A stretch of DNA of 58,446 nucleotides, taken from contig JACQRQ010000261.1 of assembly GCA_016206405.1 (NCBI GenBank), forward strand, positions 1 through 58,446, written 5' to 3'. The position numbers were made by a program, and so were the translations under genes. Shown here piece by piece: positions 9,192 to 18,435 of the stretch (its first letter is position 1; each line of letters opens with the position of its first letter). Origin of the DNA: Elusimicrobiota bacterium (GTDB lineage: Bacteria; Elusimicrobiota; Elusimicrobia; O2-12-FULL-59-9). The notes under the pieces were generated by a model. The model saw only the letters and a list, made by a program, of their open reading frames with translations. It was not told where the DNA came from and made no database searches.

Positions 9192-9332
9192 AATCTTCCT
9201 TTTAATAAACGCCCGCTAAAACCTTTGGTCCCCTGCTGCTTTTATATTGTAAACCAATATCCCGCCGCTCCATAGGGTCCAAAGACCTAATTTCCCCATA
9301 ACATTGGACCCAGCGCCCCGTAGGCCTTACGG

Positions 9333-12300
9333 TTACCCGTTTCTAGGCCCTTTGGGCCGGAACAAAGATGTCCAGCCGCCGGCGATTTCTTTCAAGCCGG
9401 CGAGGGTTTCTCCATCCCTGCCGTTGAATATTTTTCGCAGCCAATTCGGGAATTTTTCGCTGACGCTCTTGGCGGCCGCGGATTTCAGCGGATATACTTT
9501 GGGCGCGCCCCAATATAAAACCGCCATCGCCACAAGACCCGCTCCGATGACAGGCATCGCCACTGATTGAAAAGCGGCCGGGGTTCCCGACACCCCGGCC
9601 AGATAGCGCAAAAACCCATAACCGAACGAGAGGGCGATGGCGAAGAAAGCGCTTTGAACGGCGTCGATCCTGGCCCGGAATTCGTAATATTTCTTCGAGT
9701 AGGACTCTTCCCTGAAATAGGAAGTTAAAATGTGGCCTGCCGGGTTATTGAAAAGGCCGATAACCGCCAGGGCCACAAACAGCAGCGGAACGTATTGGAA
9801 CTTGAGGTAAAGGGCTCCCAGGGCGACTACGCTCAGCAGGCTGGCCGTGTTGCCCTGAACCCAGACCTTTTCAGAAACATACGGAGCGGCCGCAAAAATG
9901 CCCGCGGTCAGCCCGCTGCCCAGGGTCGCCGCCAAAGCCTTCCACAACGGCGCCACGGCCGCCCCCTGGGGAAAGAGGAAAAAATAAATCCAAGCCCAGA
10001 CTCCGGCCAGCATGGCCGACCTCAATATGCTGGTTCCAGGCAGCATGGGCGCCGTCAAATAAATCACGGCCGGTATCGCCCCCAAAGACCACCAGCCCAA
10101 CTGCGGCATCGTCAGCGCCAATAAACCGGTCACCAAGGCCGACAGTACGGCCTGCCTGGCAAAATGGTGAAACGGTTTCGCGTTCTCCGCGAGGGTTTGA
10201 GACTTATAAATTCCCGAAAAAGGCTTCCAAGAATCAGGAAGGTTCACCATCGCTATATTGCCCAACAATTGGCCCATAAACAGGGCGCCGATCAAAAGCC
10301 CCAGCACCAAGCCTTGACCCGTGCCGTGCGAAGCCGCCGCCATTCCCGGAAAAGATTCCGCCGCCTTGGCCAGGATAGGAAGAACAACGTTGCGCAACGG
10401 AAATATGACGACGGCGCCCATGGTCGTATAGACCATGGCCGTGCGCATGAAGGCGTTATTCCAGAGAAATTTAAACCCGGGGGAAAGCGGCACGATTACC
10501 AGAAACGCGAGGCTCGCCACCAAAGGCGATTGGAGCCAAATCGCCACCGCCGCCGCCGTGAGGGTGACTCCCGCGATGAGGATATAGCGCCAAACCGAAG
10601 AAGGCTTGCCCGAAGCCGAGGAGGCATCCGCCGGCGTCCCTTTATTGAACGCGCGAGAGAAAATCTCCTTGATTGTCCGCGCCGATCTCTGTATCCAACG
10701 CTTGGGCGTCGTAAAGAGCATCGAAACGGCCATCGAAACCAAAAGCTTCAGCAACTCGCGGCTCTTGGCGCCCGTCTTCTTAAGGCGCTCCGTGAAGGTG
10801 GCGGCCCGGCCGGTGAGGGCCGCCTGGTCCAGTTCGGCGCGGTCCGGCAGCGTCGCCAGGTAAATCAAAACAATAGGAATCTGGGCCACCGCGCCGAGCT
10901 TATAGATGGCGGAGGCCCCGTACGCATCCACCCACCCACCCCCCTTTAAGAAAATTCCGAAGAGAACCTGGATGCCGACAAAAAACAAAGCGAAGATCGC
11001 GTTGGTCGTCTTCTGCCGCTCATGAATGATTTTTCTGTGCGCCTTTTGCACCGCCGGGTCTTGGATTTTGGCCGAGGAGCTGCCTATCATGTCCCGCAGC
11101 ACGATGCGTTCGCCGTTCATGATGCTGTTTAAAATCCAACCATTGACCAAGGAAAGGCCCAGAAGCACCATAAAAGGCCACTCAAGGAAATTCCTATCGT
11201 AGAAAAACGCGAAAGCCGCGTTGGCGGCCAAGCGAACCAGCGTGGAAAGCGACATGCCGTACACGGGCGCATTCTCATCAAAAAGCTTGCCCGTCCAATT
11301 CGTCAAGGAAATTGAAAGAAGCGATCCTAAAGACATCAGCAGCGCCAAGCCCGGCCCCCCCGCTTTGTCCATCGCGACGACATAAAAAGCGATGCCGGTC
11401 ACCGTGAATACCCCCACGGAAAGTATCTTGGCGACCGCATTGCCGACGAGCCCGACCATATCCAGCGGGGGCCCGGGCGGCTCCGGCGCCCGGCTAAGCG
11501 CGCTTTCGACAGGGACCGGAGAGACCCGCCAAAGGCTTTTAAAATGATTTTGGAACGCTGCCGTCCAAGACTCTCTTTTCTCACCGGAGGAAGCGGCAAG
11601 GCTTGGCGTTGACGCCTCCGGCCGGACCTCCGGCTTTTTCATGGCCGCGCTTTCGCTTTGGGCCTCCCGGTTTTTTTGCTCCCGTTCGAAATCCCCCTGC
11701 AATCGCTTCAGCCCGGAGCGCGAGCCTTTCAGCGCCGCTAAAGAGCCGATGAGCGAAAAAAGAGGAAAATGAGCCCCGAAAATAACCGGGTTCCAGGCGG
11801 ACGGGACGGAGAAGGGCAAATCAAACAACCGAACGCCCATCGTCTGGTGGATGAGACCGCTGAACGAAGGCCAGGCCTCCGCGAAGCCGGGAACCGAACC
11901 GATGCCCAAACCGAAAAAAAGCAGCGCCAATCCGCCGACGACCAGCGGCGTCGTGTCATACCCGACGACAGGATCAGGTTTGCCTTGCGCGATGGTGCGG
12001 GCGGCGCGCTGAATTATTTTGTAGGACAAATAGCCGTAAAGCGCCCCCGCGGGAAGGGTGACGGCTAAACTGGGCAAAGCCAACGAAAGGCCGGACACCA
12101 CCTCGGAAAGCGCGGACGCGATGGGCGCCGACAAGGATAGTCCGCCGGCGGCGCCTGCCGAGACCGCCGCCGGAGCGGCGACCGAAAGCATTCCCGCCAA
12201 AGACAAAGAACCCGCCCATTTTCCAAAATGACTCTTGGACTCCGGCGCAGCCGGAGGGGCGCGCGCCCCCAAAGGCCCCGCAACTACGCCGGACTCAACG

Positions 12301-12824
12301 GAGGCCGGCGGGTCTGAGATTAGGCGCTTTTCCCCAAGCATGACCTCTTCAATGCCCTGCCCGGCCGAATAGGCCCCGTCCGTTGATAGATTCGGCTCAG
12401 CGACCGCCTTCAAGTAGGGGGTCAATTCTCGGGTCCGAATTTGGGCCGCCTTAAGAGCGGTCGGCGGCGCGCCCTTTTGAACCGCCGCGGCGGGAAACCA
12501 GCGCGGGTTTGACGCGACCGAACGCGGTCCCCGCAAATGGATCGTGCCGCCGGTCTTCGTCCGGACGGCAAAAGCGCGATAGGGCCCGGCGGAAAGCGAA
12601 TCGTGTCGGCGGCCGGCCCCGGTCCGGCTCCTGCCCGCCACGGCTCCCAGCGCCTGATAGCAGGGGAGTCCCGGCGCGGTGACGATTAATGCCGCGCAGA
12701 GAACCGTCCCAATCAATTGCAGAGGCAACTTCTTATGCATGATACCTTTGAACAAAAAAAACCGCCCCGAACAAAAACCGGCCGAAAGGGCGGCTGCCGA
12801 AGCTTTCCTTAATGGAAGAGTCAT
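9333..12824 (-). CDS. Giant polytopic membrane protein (1163 aa as ORF), last gene of the giant-protein cluster
   Basis: The ATG at 12824 overlaps the upstream stop (ATGA). An alternative start at 12740 gives MHKKLPLQLIGTVLCAALIVTAPGLPCYQALGAVAGRSRTG, the shared leader. The rest is dominated by 20 or more hydrophobic segments. No enzyme motif recognised. Confidence 0.8.
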   Translation of the reverse strand: MTLPLRKASAAALSAGFCSGRFFLFKGIMHKKLPLQLIGTVLCAALIVTAPGLPCYQALGAVAGRSRTGAGRRHDSLSAGPYRAFAVRTKTGGTIHLRGPRSVASNPRWFPAAAVQKGAPPTALKAAQIRTRELTPYLKAVAEPNLSTDGAYSAGQGIEEVMLGEKRLISDPPASVESGVVAGPLGARAPPAAPESKSHFGKWAGSLSLAGMLSVAAPAAVSAGAAGGLSLSAPIASALSEVVSGLSLALPSLAVTLPAGALYGYLSYKIIQRAARTIAQGKPDPVVGYDTTPLVVGGLALLFFGLGIGSVPGFAEAWPSFSGLIHQTMGVRLFDLPFSVPSAWNPVIFGAHFPLFSLIGSLAALKGSRSGLKRLQGDFEREQKNREAQSESAAMKKPEVRPEASTPSLAASSGEKRESWTAAFQNHFKSLWRVSPVPVESALSRAPEPPGPPLDMVGLVGNAVAKILSVGVFTVTGIAFYVVAMDKAGGPGLALLMSLGSLLSISLTNWTGKLFDENAPVYGMSLSTLVRLAANAAFAFFYDRNFLEWPFMVLLGLSLVNGWILNSIMNGERIVLRDMIGSSSAKIQDPAVQKAHRKIIHERQKTTNAIFALFFVGIQVLFGIFLKGGGWVDAYGASAIYKLGAVAQIPIVLIYLATLPDRAELDQAALTGRAATFTERLKKTGAKSRELLKLLVSMAVSMLFTTPKRWIQRSARTIKEIFSRAFNKGTPADASSASGKPSSVWRYILIAGVTLTAAAVAIWLQSPLVASLAFLVIVPLSPGFKFLWNNAFMRTAMVYTTMGAVVIFPLRNVVLPILAKAAESFPGMAAASHGTGQGLVLGLLIGALFMGQLLGNIAMVNLPDSWKPFSGIYKSQTLAENAKPFHHFARQAVLSALVTGLLALTMPQLGWWSLGAIPAVIYLTAPMLPGTSILRSAMLAGVWAWIYFFLFPQGAAVAPLWKALAATLGSGLTAGIFAAAPYVSEKVWVQGNTASLLSVVALGALYLKFQYVPLLFVALAVIGLFNNPAGHILTSYFREESYSKKYYEFRARIDAVQSAFFAIALSFGYGFLRYLAGVSGTPAAFQSVAMPVIGAGLVAMAVLYWGAPKVYPLKSAAAKSVSEKFPNWLRKIFNGRDGETLAGLKEIAGGWTSLFRPKGPRNG

Positions 12825-15523
12825 TTGGACCTGCCGTGCCTTTCCTCCATCCTGGCCTGCCGCTTTTTCCGCGCCTCCATTTTCGCGCGCTCATCCTCCG
12901 TAGTCTTGATCATCACCGCGACTTCCCGCATGATTTTGCCCCGCGCCTTGTCCAGGGCGATGGCGCTGAACTCGGGCTCCACCCATTCGGAAGGGTAAAA
13001 AAACACGACGCGAACACCTCTAAGCTTCCGCTTCTCTCCGCCCGCCGACTTATAAGGCACAGGAAGCTCCGCCCATTTAGAGGCGTCCATAAACTTGCCG
13101 CTCTCCGTCACCGCGAACAAGCGGTAGATCAAAACCTGCTCGTCTTTTTCCAACTGCCAGGCGGGCCGGACGGAATTGGTCTTGAAGTCGGCGATGACTA
13201 AATCGGCCACCTCGCCCTTGGGGTCCCGCTTGACCAGCACCAGGTCAAAAGCGCCCCGGAACATATAGCGGGCCAGCACATCGCCGACTTTGCGGGAATT
13301 TTTCCCATACTTGCGCATGATGTAGCTGATGGGAATCTCCCGGCCGTATACCTCGTAGCCTTCTTGCGCCATAAACGCCGCGACCTGATCCACGATGCCG
13401 ATGGCTTCCTGGGCGCCGCCGAATTTATAATCTCCCAGGTTGTCGCCCCGCTCGGGCATGAGGATGGGGCCTTCTTCTTCCGCGAGTTCCTGCTCCCAGA
13501 CGGCGTAAAATTTGGCCGTGATTTCATCCGGGGTCGGACGGCGCCCCTGATGCTGGATTTGATCCAGGGCCCAATCCAAAGTATAGTGCGCCACATGGCC
13601 CTTGAACGTCTGCGCGGGGGTGCCTCCCCTCCGCCGGTAATAGAGTTTTTCTTCGATCCAGCGGTGTCTGTCATATTTATAGGACTTGATGGACGAAGCC
13701 GAAGTTCTGTAATCGTTGGGACGCTGTTCGGTCCACTCGCCTAAAATCGCCTGCATTTCCACGTCGAGCAGAGCATTGCCTTCGATGCCGGAGTCTTTTT
13801 CAAAATACTCCGCCGGCTTGACCGCGTCCGGCACCGCTTTTAAGAGTTCCGGATTTGGAGTCAGCCACACCGATTCCCTTTGGCTGGCGCGCGTTCCGAG
13901 TTGGTCGCCCATCGCCGCATAGATGCGGCCCACCGAATCAAGCGCCGTGGTCTTGCGGATTCTAAATTTGATTTTCCCTTGATCGTCCAACCGCACTTCA
14001 GGCGTAAAAGCGAGCTGCTCCGCCGCCAATTTTTCCTGAAAGCGACCTTTCCACACTTCGGCAGAGACGCCCTCCGGCAAATCGATTTCGAAGGCGCCGG
14101 CGCTCGAGTTCTCCCGCAGCCCCTCCTGTTGTTCGGGCGTCCAGCCTTGCTCCACCGCCAAGTCCAAGGTTATCCGCCGGAAGGCGCGAAAATCATCCGC
14201 GCTGAAGCCGTTGACGCTGACAGGCGAGGGACGGCCGTTTTTATAGATGGAAATAACGGAGCCTCCTTCGCTGATTGAGACGAAGTTGTAGGATAGAAAG
14301 GAGTTCCGCATGGACGGCTGCAAATTCTTCAGCAACACTTTATGAAGAAAATCGTCGTTTTCTCTAGAGCCGAACTCCCGTCCGTCCTGCAGCACCGCCA
14401 AGGTGATGCCGTTTTTCTTCAAATTGGTCATATAGTCGACGATCCTCGCGGAAGGCGGCTCCCGGATCAGCGCCGCGTCGAGAAAAACCACCTTGGGATG
14501 GTAGCGACTCTGTTCCCTCAACGGGTGCCCATCGGAAAGCACCGCGGGGACATCCGGCCGGGCGGCGGGTTCCCAATCCTTGTCTTTGGACCGGTCCTTT
14601 TCCTCTTTCTCCCGGCGGATAAGGTCCGTCGATTTCAGGCTGATCACCCGCACAAGACTCTTGAGATTGACCGGGTCCACGGACAAAAGCTTTCGCAATT
14701 CGGCCTTATTTTTCCATTCCCCATAGCGCTTTGCGTTGCGGATATCGATATGTCTTAAAATTCCCACCAGCTTTTCGCGCAGCCACCCCAGGCCTTTGCT
14801 CTGGATTTGACGTTCGCTAAAAAATTCCATTCCCCGAAGATCCGATTTGCTCAGCTTCTCGATGGGCACAGTTTTGGCGGCCGACACCTGGCTCACAAAG
14901 GCTCCGCCTTGCCCTTTGTCCCGGGTTTTACCCGTCGTCACCTCGACGCGGTTTCCCGCTTGATAGTCCCGCCAATAGGCGCGGCTGCTCTCAAACCACT
15001 TGCTCCCGGGTTCTCCTCGGATTCTTCGCACGACGACGAACTCCTTGGCGGGGTCCCCGTTAAATCGAAGCGGACGAAGCTGCTTTCCGTTTCCATATAC
15101 CGGAGGCCTCGCCGAAACGCCGCCCGCCTCCTGGCGGTCTAATCCCAAGGGCTGGTCGTAAACTTGCCGCAGCATCGCGTAGGCGAACTTGATATCGTCT
15201 TCCTTCCCCTCCCCGGCGTTCTGATTTTCCATGTCGGCGGCGAATTTCTTCAAAGCCGGCGTCGCCGACGGAGCATGGGGGGAAAGATCGGCCGCCGGAG
15301 CGCGGCTGCCCGTTTTGCCGGCCGTCATGGTCGAAAGCGGGTTGCCGGCCTCCTCCCGAATCACGGGCTTATTGAATCCGCGGGTCTTTTTAACCGGCCG
15401 GGCGGGCCGTTGGATGCGCCCCGAGGCAGGCCGGGAGGACCGTCCGCGGAAAGCCGCCGCCGCCTCCTGCAGGGGGGAGAGGGCCAAACCCAGAACCAGC
15501 AACAAACTCAGCGATTTTTTCAT
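12821..15523 (-). CDS. Giant exported protein (900 aa) with a degenerate HAD-like module and a C-terminal PD-(D/E)XK (RecB-type) nuclease-like motif set
   Basis: Leader MKKSLSLLLVLGLALSPLQEAAAAFRGRSSRP. HAD-like VVFLDAALI lacks the second Asp. The C-terminus has GAFDLVLV, LVIADFKTN and EQVLIYRLF, then a basic tail KMEARKKRQARMEERHGRSK. ATGA overlaps at both ends. Confidence 0.8.
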   Translation of the reverse strand: MKKSLSLLLVLGLALSPLQEAAAAFRGRSSRPASGRIQRPARPVKKTRGFNKPVIREEAGNPLSTMTAGKTGSRAPAADLSPHAPSATPALKKFAADMENQNAGEGKEDDIKFAYAMLRQVYDQPLGLDRQEAGGVSARPPVYGNGKQLRPLRFNGDPAKEFVVVRRIRGEPGSKWFESSRAYWRDYQAGNRVEVTTGKTRDKGQGGAFVSQVSAAKTVPIEKLSKSDLRGMEFFSERQIQSKGLGWLREKLVGILRHIDIRNAKRYGEWKNKAELRKLLSVDPVNLKSLVRVISLKSTDLIRREKEEKDRSKDKDWEPAARPDVPAVLSDGHPLREQSRYHPKVVFLDAALIREPPSARIVDYMTNLKKNGITLAVLQDGREFGSRENDDFLHKVLLKNLQPSMRNSFLSYNFVSISEGGSVISIYKNGRPSPVSVNGFSADDFRAFRRITLDLAVEQGWTPEQQEGLRENSSAGAFEIDLPEGVSAEVWKGRFQEKLAAEQLAFTPEVRLDDQGKIKFRIRKTTALDSVGRIYAAMGDQLGTRASQRESVWLTPNPELLKAVPDAVKPAEYFEKDSGIEGNALLDVEMQAILGEWTEQRPNDYRTSASSIKSYKYDRHRWIEEKLYYRRRGGTPAQTFKGHVAHYTLDWALDQIQHQGRRPTPDEITAKFYAVWEQELAEEEGPILMPERGDNLGDYKFGGAQEAIGIVDQVAAFMAQEGYEVYGREIPISYIMRKYGKNSRKVGDVLARYMFRGAFDLVLVKRDPKGEVADLVIADFKTNSVRPAWQLEKDEQVLIYRLFAVTESGKFMDASKWAELPVPYKSAGGEKRKLRGVRVVFFYPSEWVEPEFSAIALDKARGKIMREVAVMIKTTEDERAKMEARKKRQARMEERHGRSK

Positions 15524-18264
15524 GAGGCTGAATTCTTCTTAAATTTCTTGAGCTCCTGCTCCTTGGCCTCAAGATCCCGCTTATTTTCCTTCGCCGTCTT
15601 CTTCTTCTGCGCGGCCTCCTTTTTGAGACCGCTCAATTCAGAATCATAAAGCTTTCGAATCTTGCTCTCGGCCGCCGACAGTAGATTCCGGGCCTTTTCG
15701 ACCACGAATTTCAGGCCCTTTTCCCAGGCCTCTTTCACCAACTTTTCCCGCCTTTTCTTCAGCTCAGCCAGCCGCTTTTTCTTCTCCATCCCGATAACTT
15801 TCGCCTTCTTCAGCGACTCTACTTTCTCTCGCCTCTTGACCGTCTCCAAGTTTTTCTTCATTTCTCGGATTTGCTTGGCCATTTCCTTTTGCTTCTGCAG
15901 TTTGGCCAGATACTGCTGGAGCTTGGGGTCGCCGGGCTCTTCCCGGTTTTCCCAGAAGTCGTTGAAGTCCTCATCGCTCTCCATGGCCTCAATGAGGCTG
16001 GTCAGCTTTGAAACGGACGCGTCGGAATCCTTCTGCGTGTAGAGCTCGTTGAAGCCGTATGTCTGCGTGGCGTAAACGAATTCGGCGCCCGTTTTCACCG
16101 AGGGACGGAGGCTGTAGTTCTGCTTCTGCCGGAGCGTCAGGCTCAGGAGTTTGGCCAGAATTCTGCCCCGCCAATCAAAGGGAGCGTTGCCATACCTGAA
16201 GAGCAAGGCCAGCACTTTATCGGTTTGCCCGTTTTCCTTAAACGACAGCACGGCGTCCGGTTCGATATTCACTTGATACTTGCGCTTGATGCGAGGGTCG
16301 GCGATGTTGCCGACCAGTTTGAACTTAGAGTCCCCCGCGATATTGGTGAAGCCGCGGATGGCGTTTTGGGCGAGTTCCTCGGGCGTTTTGGGGAACCAGT
16401 GCTGCTGATATAAGTTATAAACGACCGCCTTGGCCCTTTCCAACATTTCCTGGCTCGTCTTGCGCCACTGCGGATTCTTGCGCAGATAAACAAAAACGGG
16501 GCTCAAATTGACCTGCCGGCCGGGCTGCAGAGGGTTGTTCCATATTTCCTCCAGCAGGCGGATGCCGGCATGCACGTTCAAAAACCGGATTTTCCCAACC
16601 CGGAGATTCCTTAAAATATCGATGATCACAGCCCGGGTGATGATGCCCAGATACAAATAATGCTTCCCCTCTCGAACCTCCGAATTGCCCTGAATGATGA
16701 AGCGGCTCCTTCCGGCCTCCTGCATCGGCAGCCAATAATCAACATAGGAGCGAAGCTTGCTGAAATTGATCTTGATGGGTTTAAGCCATTGGTCCCCCAG
16801 AAAGCCGCGCAACGCCTCCAGCAGCGACTGGCCGTCGCCGACGATTTCCTGGTAAGGCCCCTCCCCGTTTTCCTTATAGTCGGGCAATTTCCCGATCATT
16901 TCCGCGACCAATTGAGGGAACCTTTTGGGATACTGGATCACCATCATGTTCTTCGGCTGGTTCTTGACGTCTTCTTTGCCCGCAAATCGCTCCACAAATT
17001 GCTTGTCGACCGCTCCCAAAAGCCGGGTGACATTTCTTTGGAGGCTGTATTTATTGACGCTGTAGGAAAGCTTTTCATCGGAAGCCGGGTCATCGGGCGT
17101 CAGCCGGTAAAATCGCAGCATGCGCAGAGGGTCTCTTTTGCCGGCGCGGTCGATGGAGCGGTTGAACTGCCCCACCCAGGCCGTTTTTTGAGTTTTTTTG
17201 AGTCCAGGCTTGAATTGAACCCTGAAAATGTACTCGCCGTCAAAGCTCCATTGAACGTCTCCCTGAGCCAGTTTGCCGCTTTCCACCAGAGAGCCGGTGA
17301 CGCTTTCGGCCAGGCCCTGGAGCATCTGCTTGTGATTATCCGAGAAACCGTCTTGGTCCGGAATGATGGATTTGGTTTTATCGGATTCAGCCGTTTGAGG
17401 AGCGCTGCTCTCGCTTTGGCCTTTGCCCTGCGCATAGATCATGGCGCCGTTGTAGGCCACGATGAGCATCCGGTTGTTTTGCCGGTATTTCAAATGGTTT
17501 AAGAGAACGCTGTTTATGTAATCCGGGCCCTCAGCGGTGTAAAAAACAACGCCGTAGCCTAGTTCCAAAGACCGGTCGATGGCCTGAGCGATTTCGGGAG
17601 CGGCGGGCTGGCCGTTGAAAACATCGGGGATGAAAATGATCCTGGCATTTTTGGCCGGTTCTTCGCTGGGACCGGAATTTTCCGCCACAGGCGGTTTGGG
17701 CGGAGGAGGCGTCTGCGGAGGCTGAGCCGTGGGGGGCTTATCCTCAGCGGCGCCCTCAGCTTGCCGACCGGAAGCCTTCGAGTCCGAGTCCGCCGGGTGG
17801 GCCTTTTCGTCGCCGGCGTTTTGCTCGACTGAACCGGCCGCCACAATACCCTCGCCGGCGTCCTGAGGGGACGCGTTTTGATACATCTCCTCCAAACGAT
17901 CGTTCAACCCCTTCTGCGGCGATGCATGTGAATCGGATTCCAAAGACAACTTGCCGGCGACGCTTAAAGCCTCGACGGGAGAGCCCGCCAATGCTTTCGT
18001 GATTTCCTCCGTTGAAAGGACGCGTCCGGCGATAGAAGGCTCCGTCCGGCCATCGACTCTGGGAACTTTGAAATCCTTGGGAAGCTGAGGCTTCATCCCC
18101 GCGGAGCGACCCGGCTGAACGGTCGCCATCCGGAAAGCTTTCGCCTTTCGCGCCGCCCGCGAGCGGACCAGCGGTCCCGCCGCCCAAACTTCGGCGGCCG
18201 GAAAAGGCAGCGCCCCCCACAGCAGGCTCATAGTTAAAACGATGGAAATTATTTTTTTCGTCAT
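15520..18264 (-). CDS. Giant exported protein (about 914 aa from the ATG at 18264) with a Pro-rich linker, a degenerate HAD-like module and a Lys-rich coiled-coil tail
   Basis: ORF 15520..18366. The ATG at 18264 (AGGAAAG 7 nt upstream) gives MTKKIISIVLTMSLLWGALPFPAAEVWAAGPLVRSRAARK. Linker PPTAQPPQTPPPPKPP, then ARIIFIPDVFNG, which is HAD-like with no nucleophile Asp. The last ~130 aa are K/E-rich heptad-like. Upstream of 18264 lies a hairpin terminator, which argues against the longer ORF. Confidence 0.8.
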   Translation of the reverse strand: MTKKIISIVLTMSLLWGALPFPAAEVWAAGPLVRSRAARKAKAFRMATVQPGRSAGMKPQLPKDFKVPRVDGRTEPSIAGRVLSTEEITKALAGSPVEALSVAGKLSLESDSHASPQKGLNDRLEEMYQNASPQDAGEGIVAAGSVEQNAGDEKAHPADSDSKASGRQAEGAAEDKPPTAQPPQTPPPPKPPVAENSGPSEEPAKNARIIFIPDVFNGQPAAPEIAQAIDRSLELGYGVVFYTAEGPDYINSVLLNHLKYRQNNRMLIVAYNGAMIYAQGKGQSESSAPQTAESDKTKSIIPDQDGFSDNHKQMLQGLAESVTGSLVESGKLAQGDVQWSFDGEYIFRVQFKPGLKKTQKTAWVGQFNRSIDRAGKRDPLRMLRFYRLTPDDPASDEKLSYSVNKYSLQRNVTRLLGAVDKQFVERFAGKEDVKNQPKNMMVIQYPKRFPQLVAEMIGKLPDYKENGEGPYQEIVGDGQSLLEALRGFLGDQWLKPIKINFSKLRSYVDYWLPMQEAGRSRFIIQGNSEVREGKHYLYLGIITRAVIIDILRNLRVGKIRFLNVHAGIRLLEEIWNNPLQPGRQVNLSPVFVYLRKNPQWRKTSQEMLERAKAVVYNLYQQHWFPKTPEELAQNAIRGFTNIAGDSKFKLVGNIADPRIKRKYQVNIEPDAVLSFKENGQTDKVLALLFRYGNAPFDWRGRILAKLLSLTLRQKQNYSLRPSVKTGAEFVYATQTYGFNELYTQKDSDASVSKLTSLIEAMESDEDFNDFWENREEPGDPKLQQYLAKLQKQKEMAKQIREMKKNLETVKRREKVESLKKAKVIGMEKKKRLAELKKRREKLVKEAWEKGLKFVVEKARNLLSAAESKIRKLYDSELSGLKKEAAQKKKTAKENKRDLEAKEQELKKFKKNSAS

Positions 18265-18363
18265 AGTGGCTTTCCTAAATTGAAGTTTGCCGGCCCTCTC
18301 TCCATTCAATCTCATTCTAACCCGATTATCCGGCCCCCGCATGGGCCATTGGTCCCAGCAGGG

Positions 18364-18396
18364 CAAAGAAAAAGGGCCTATCGAATCATAGGCCCT
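18364..18396 (-). terminator. Rho-independent terminator-like hairpin between the 1088-aa and 948-aa genes
   Basis: The minus strand reads AGGGCCTAT-GATTCG-ATAGGCCCT followed by TTTTTCTTTG. That is a 9-bp GC-rich stem, a 6-nt loop and a U-tract, starting 40 nt after the stop at 18436. Confidence 0.7.
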
Positions 18397-18435
18397 AAGA
18401 CCTGCAAAAACTTGCCGGATTTTTCCGCTAGCAAT

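Noticed and set aside
10164-10949. 261-aa plus-strand ORF inside the giant cluster (also 16660-17502, 28814-29704 and 9732-10124)
   Set aside because: These ORFs are antisense to the giant genes and extremely Arg-rich (RRRR runs), with no start context. The minus-strand frames have coherent hydrophobic and domain structure.
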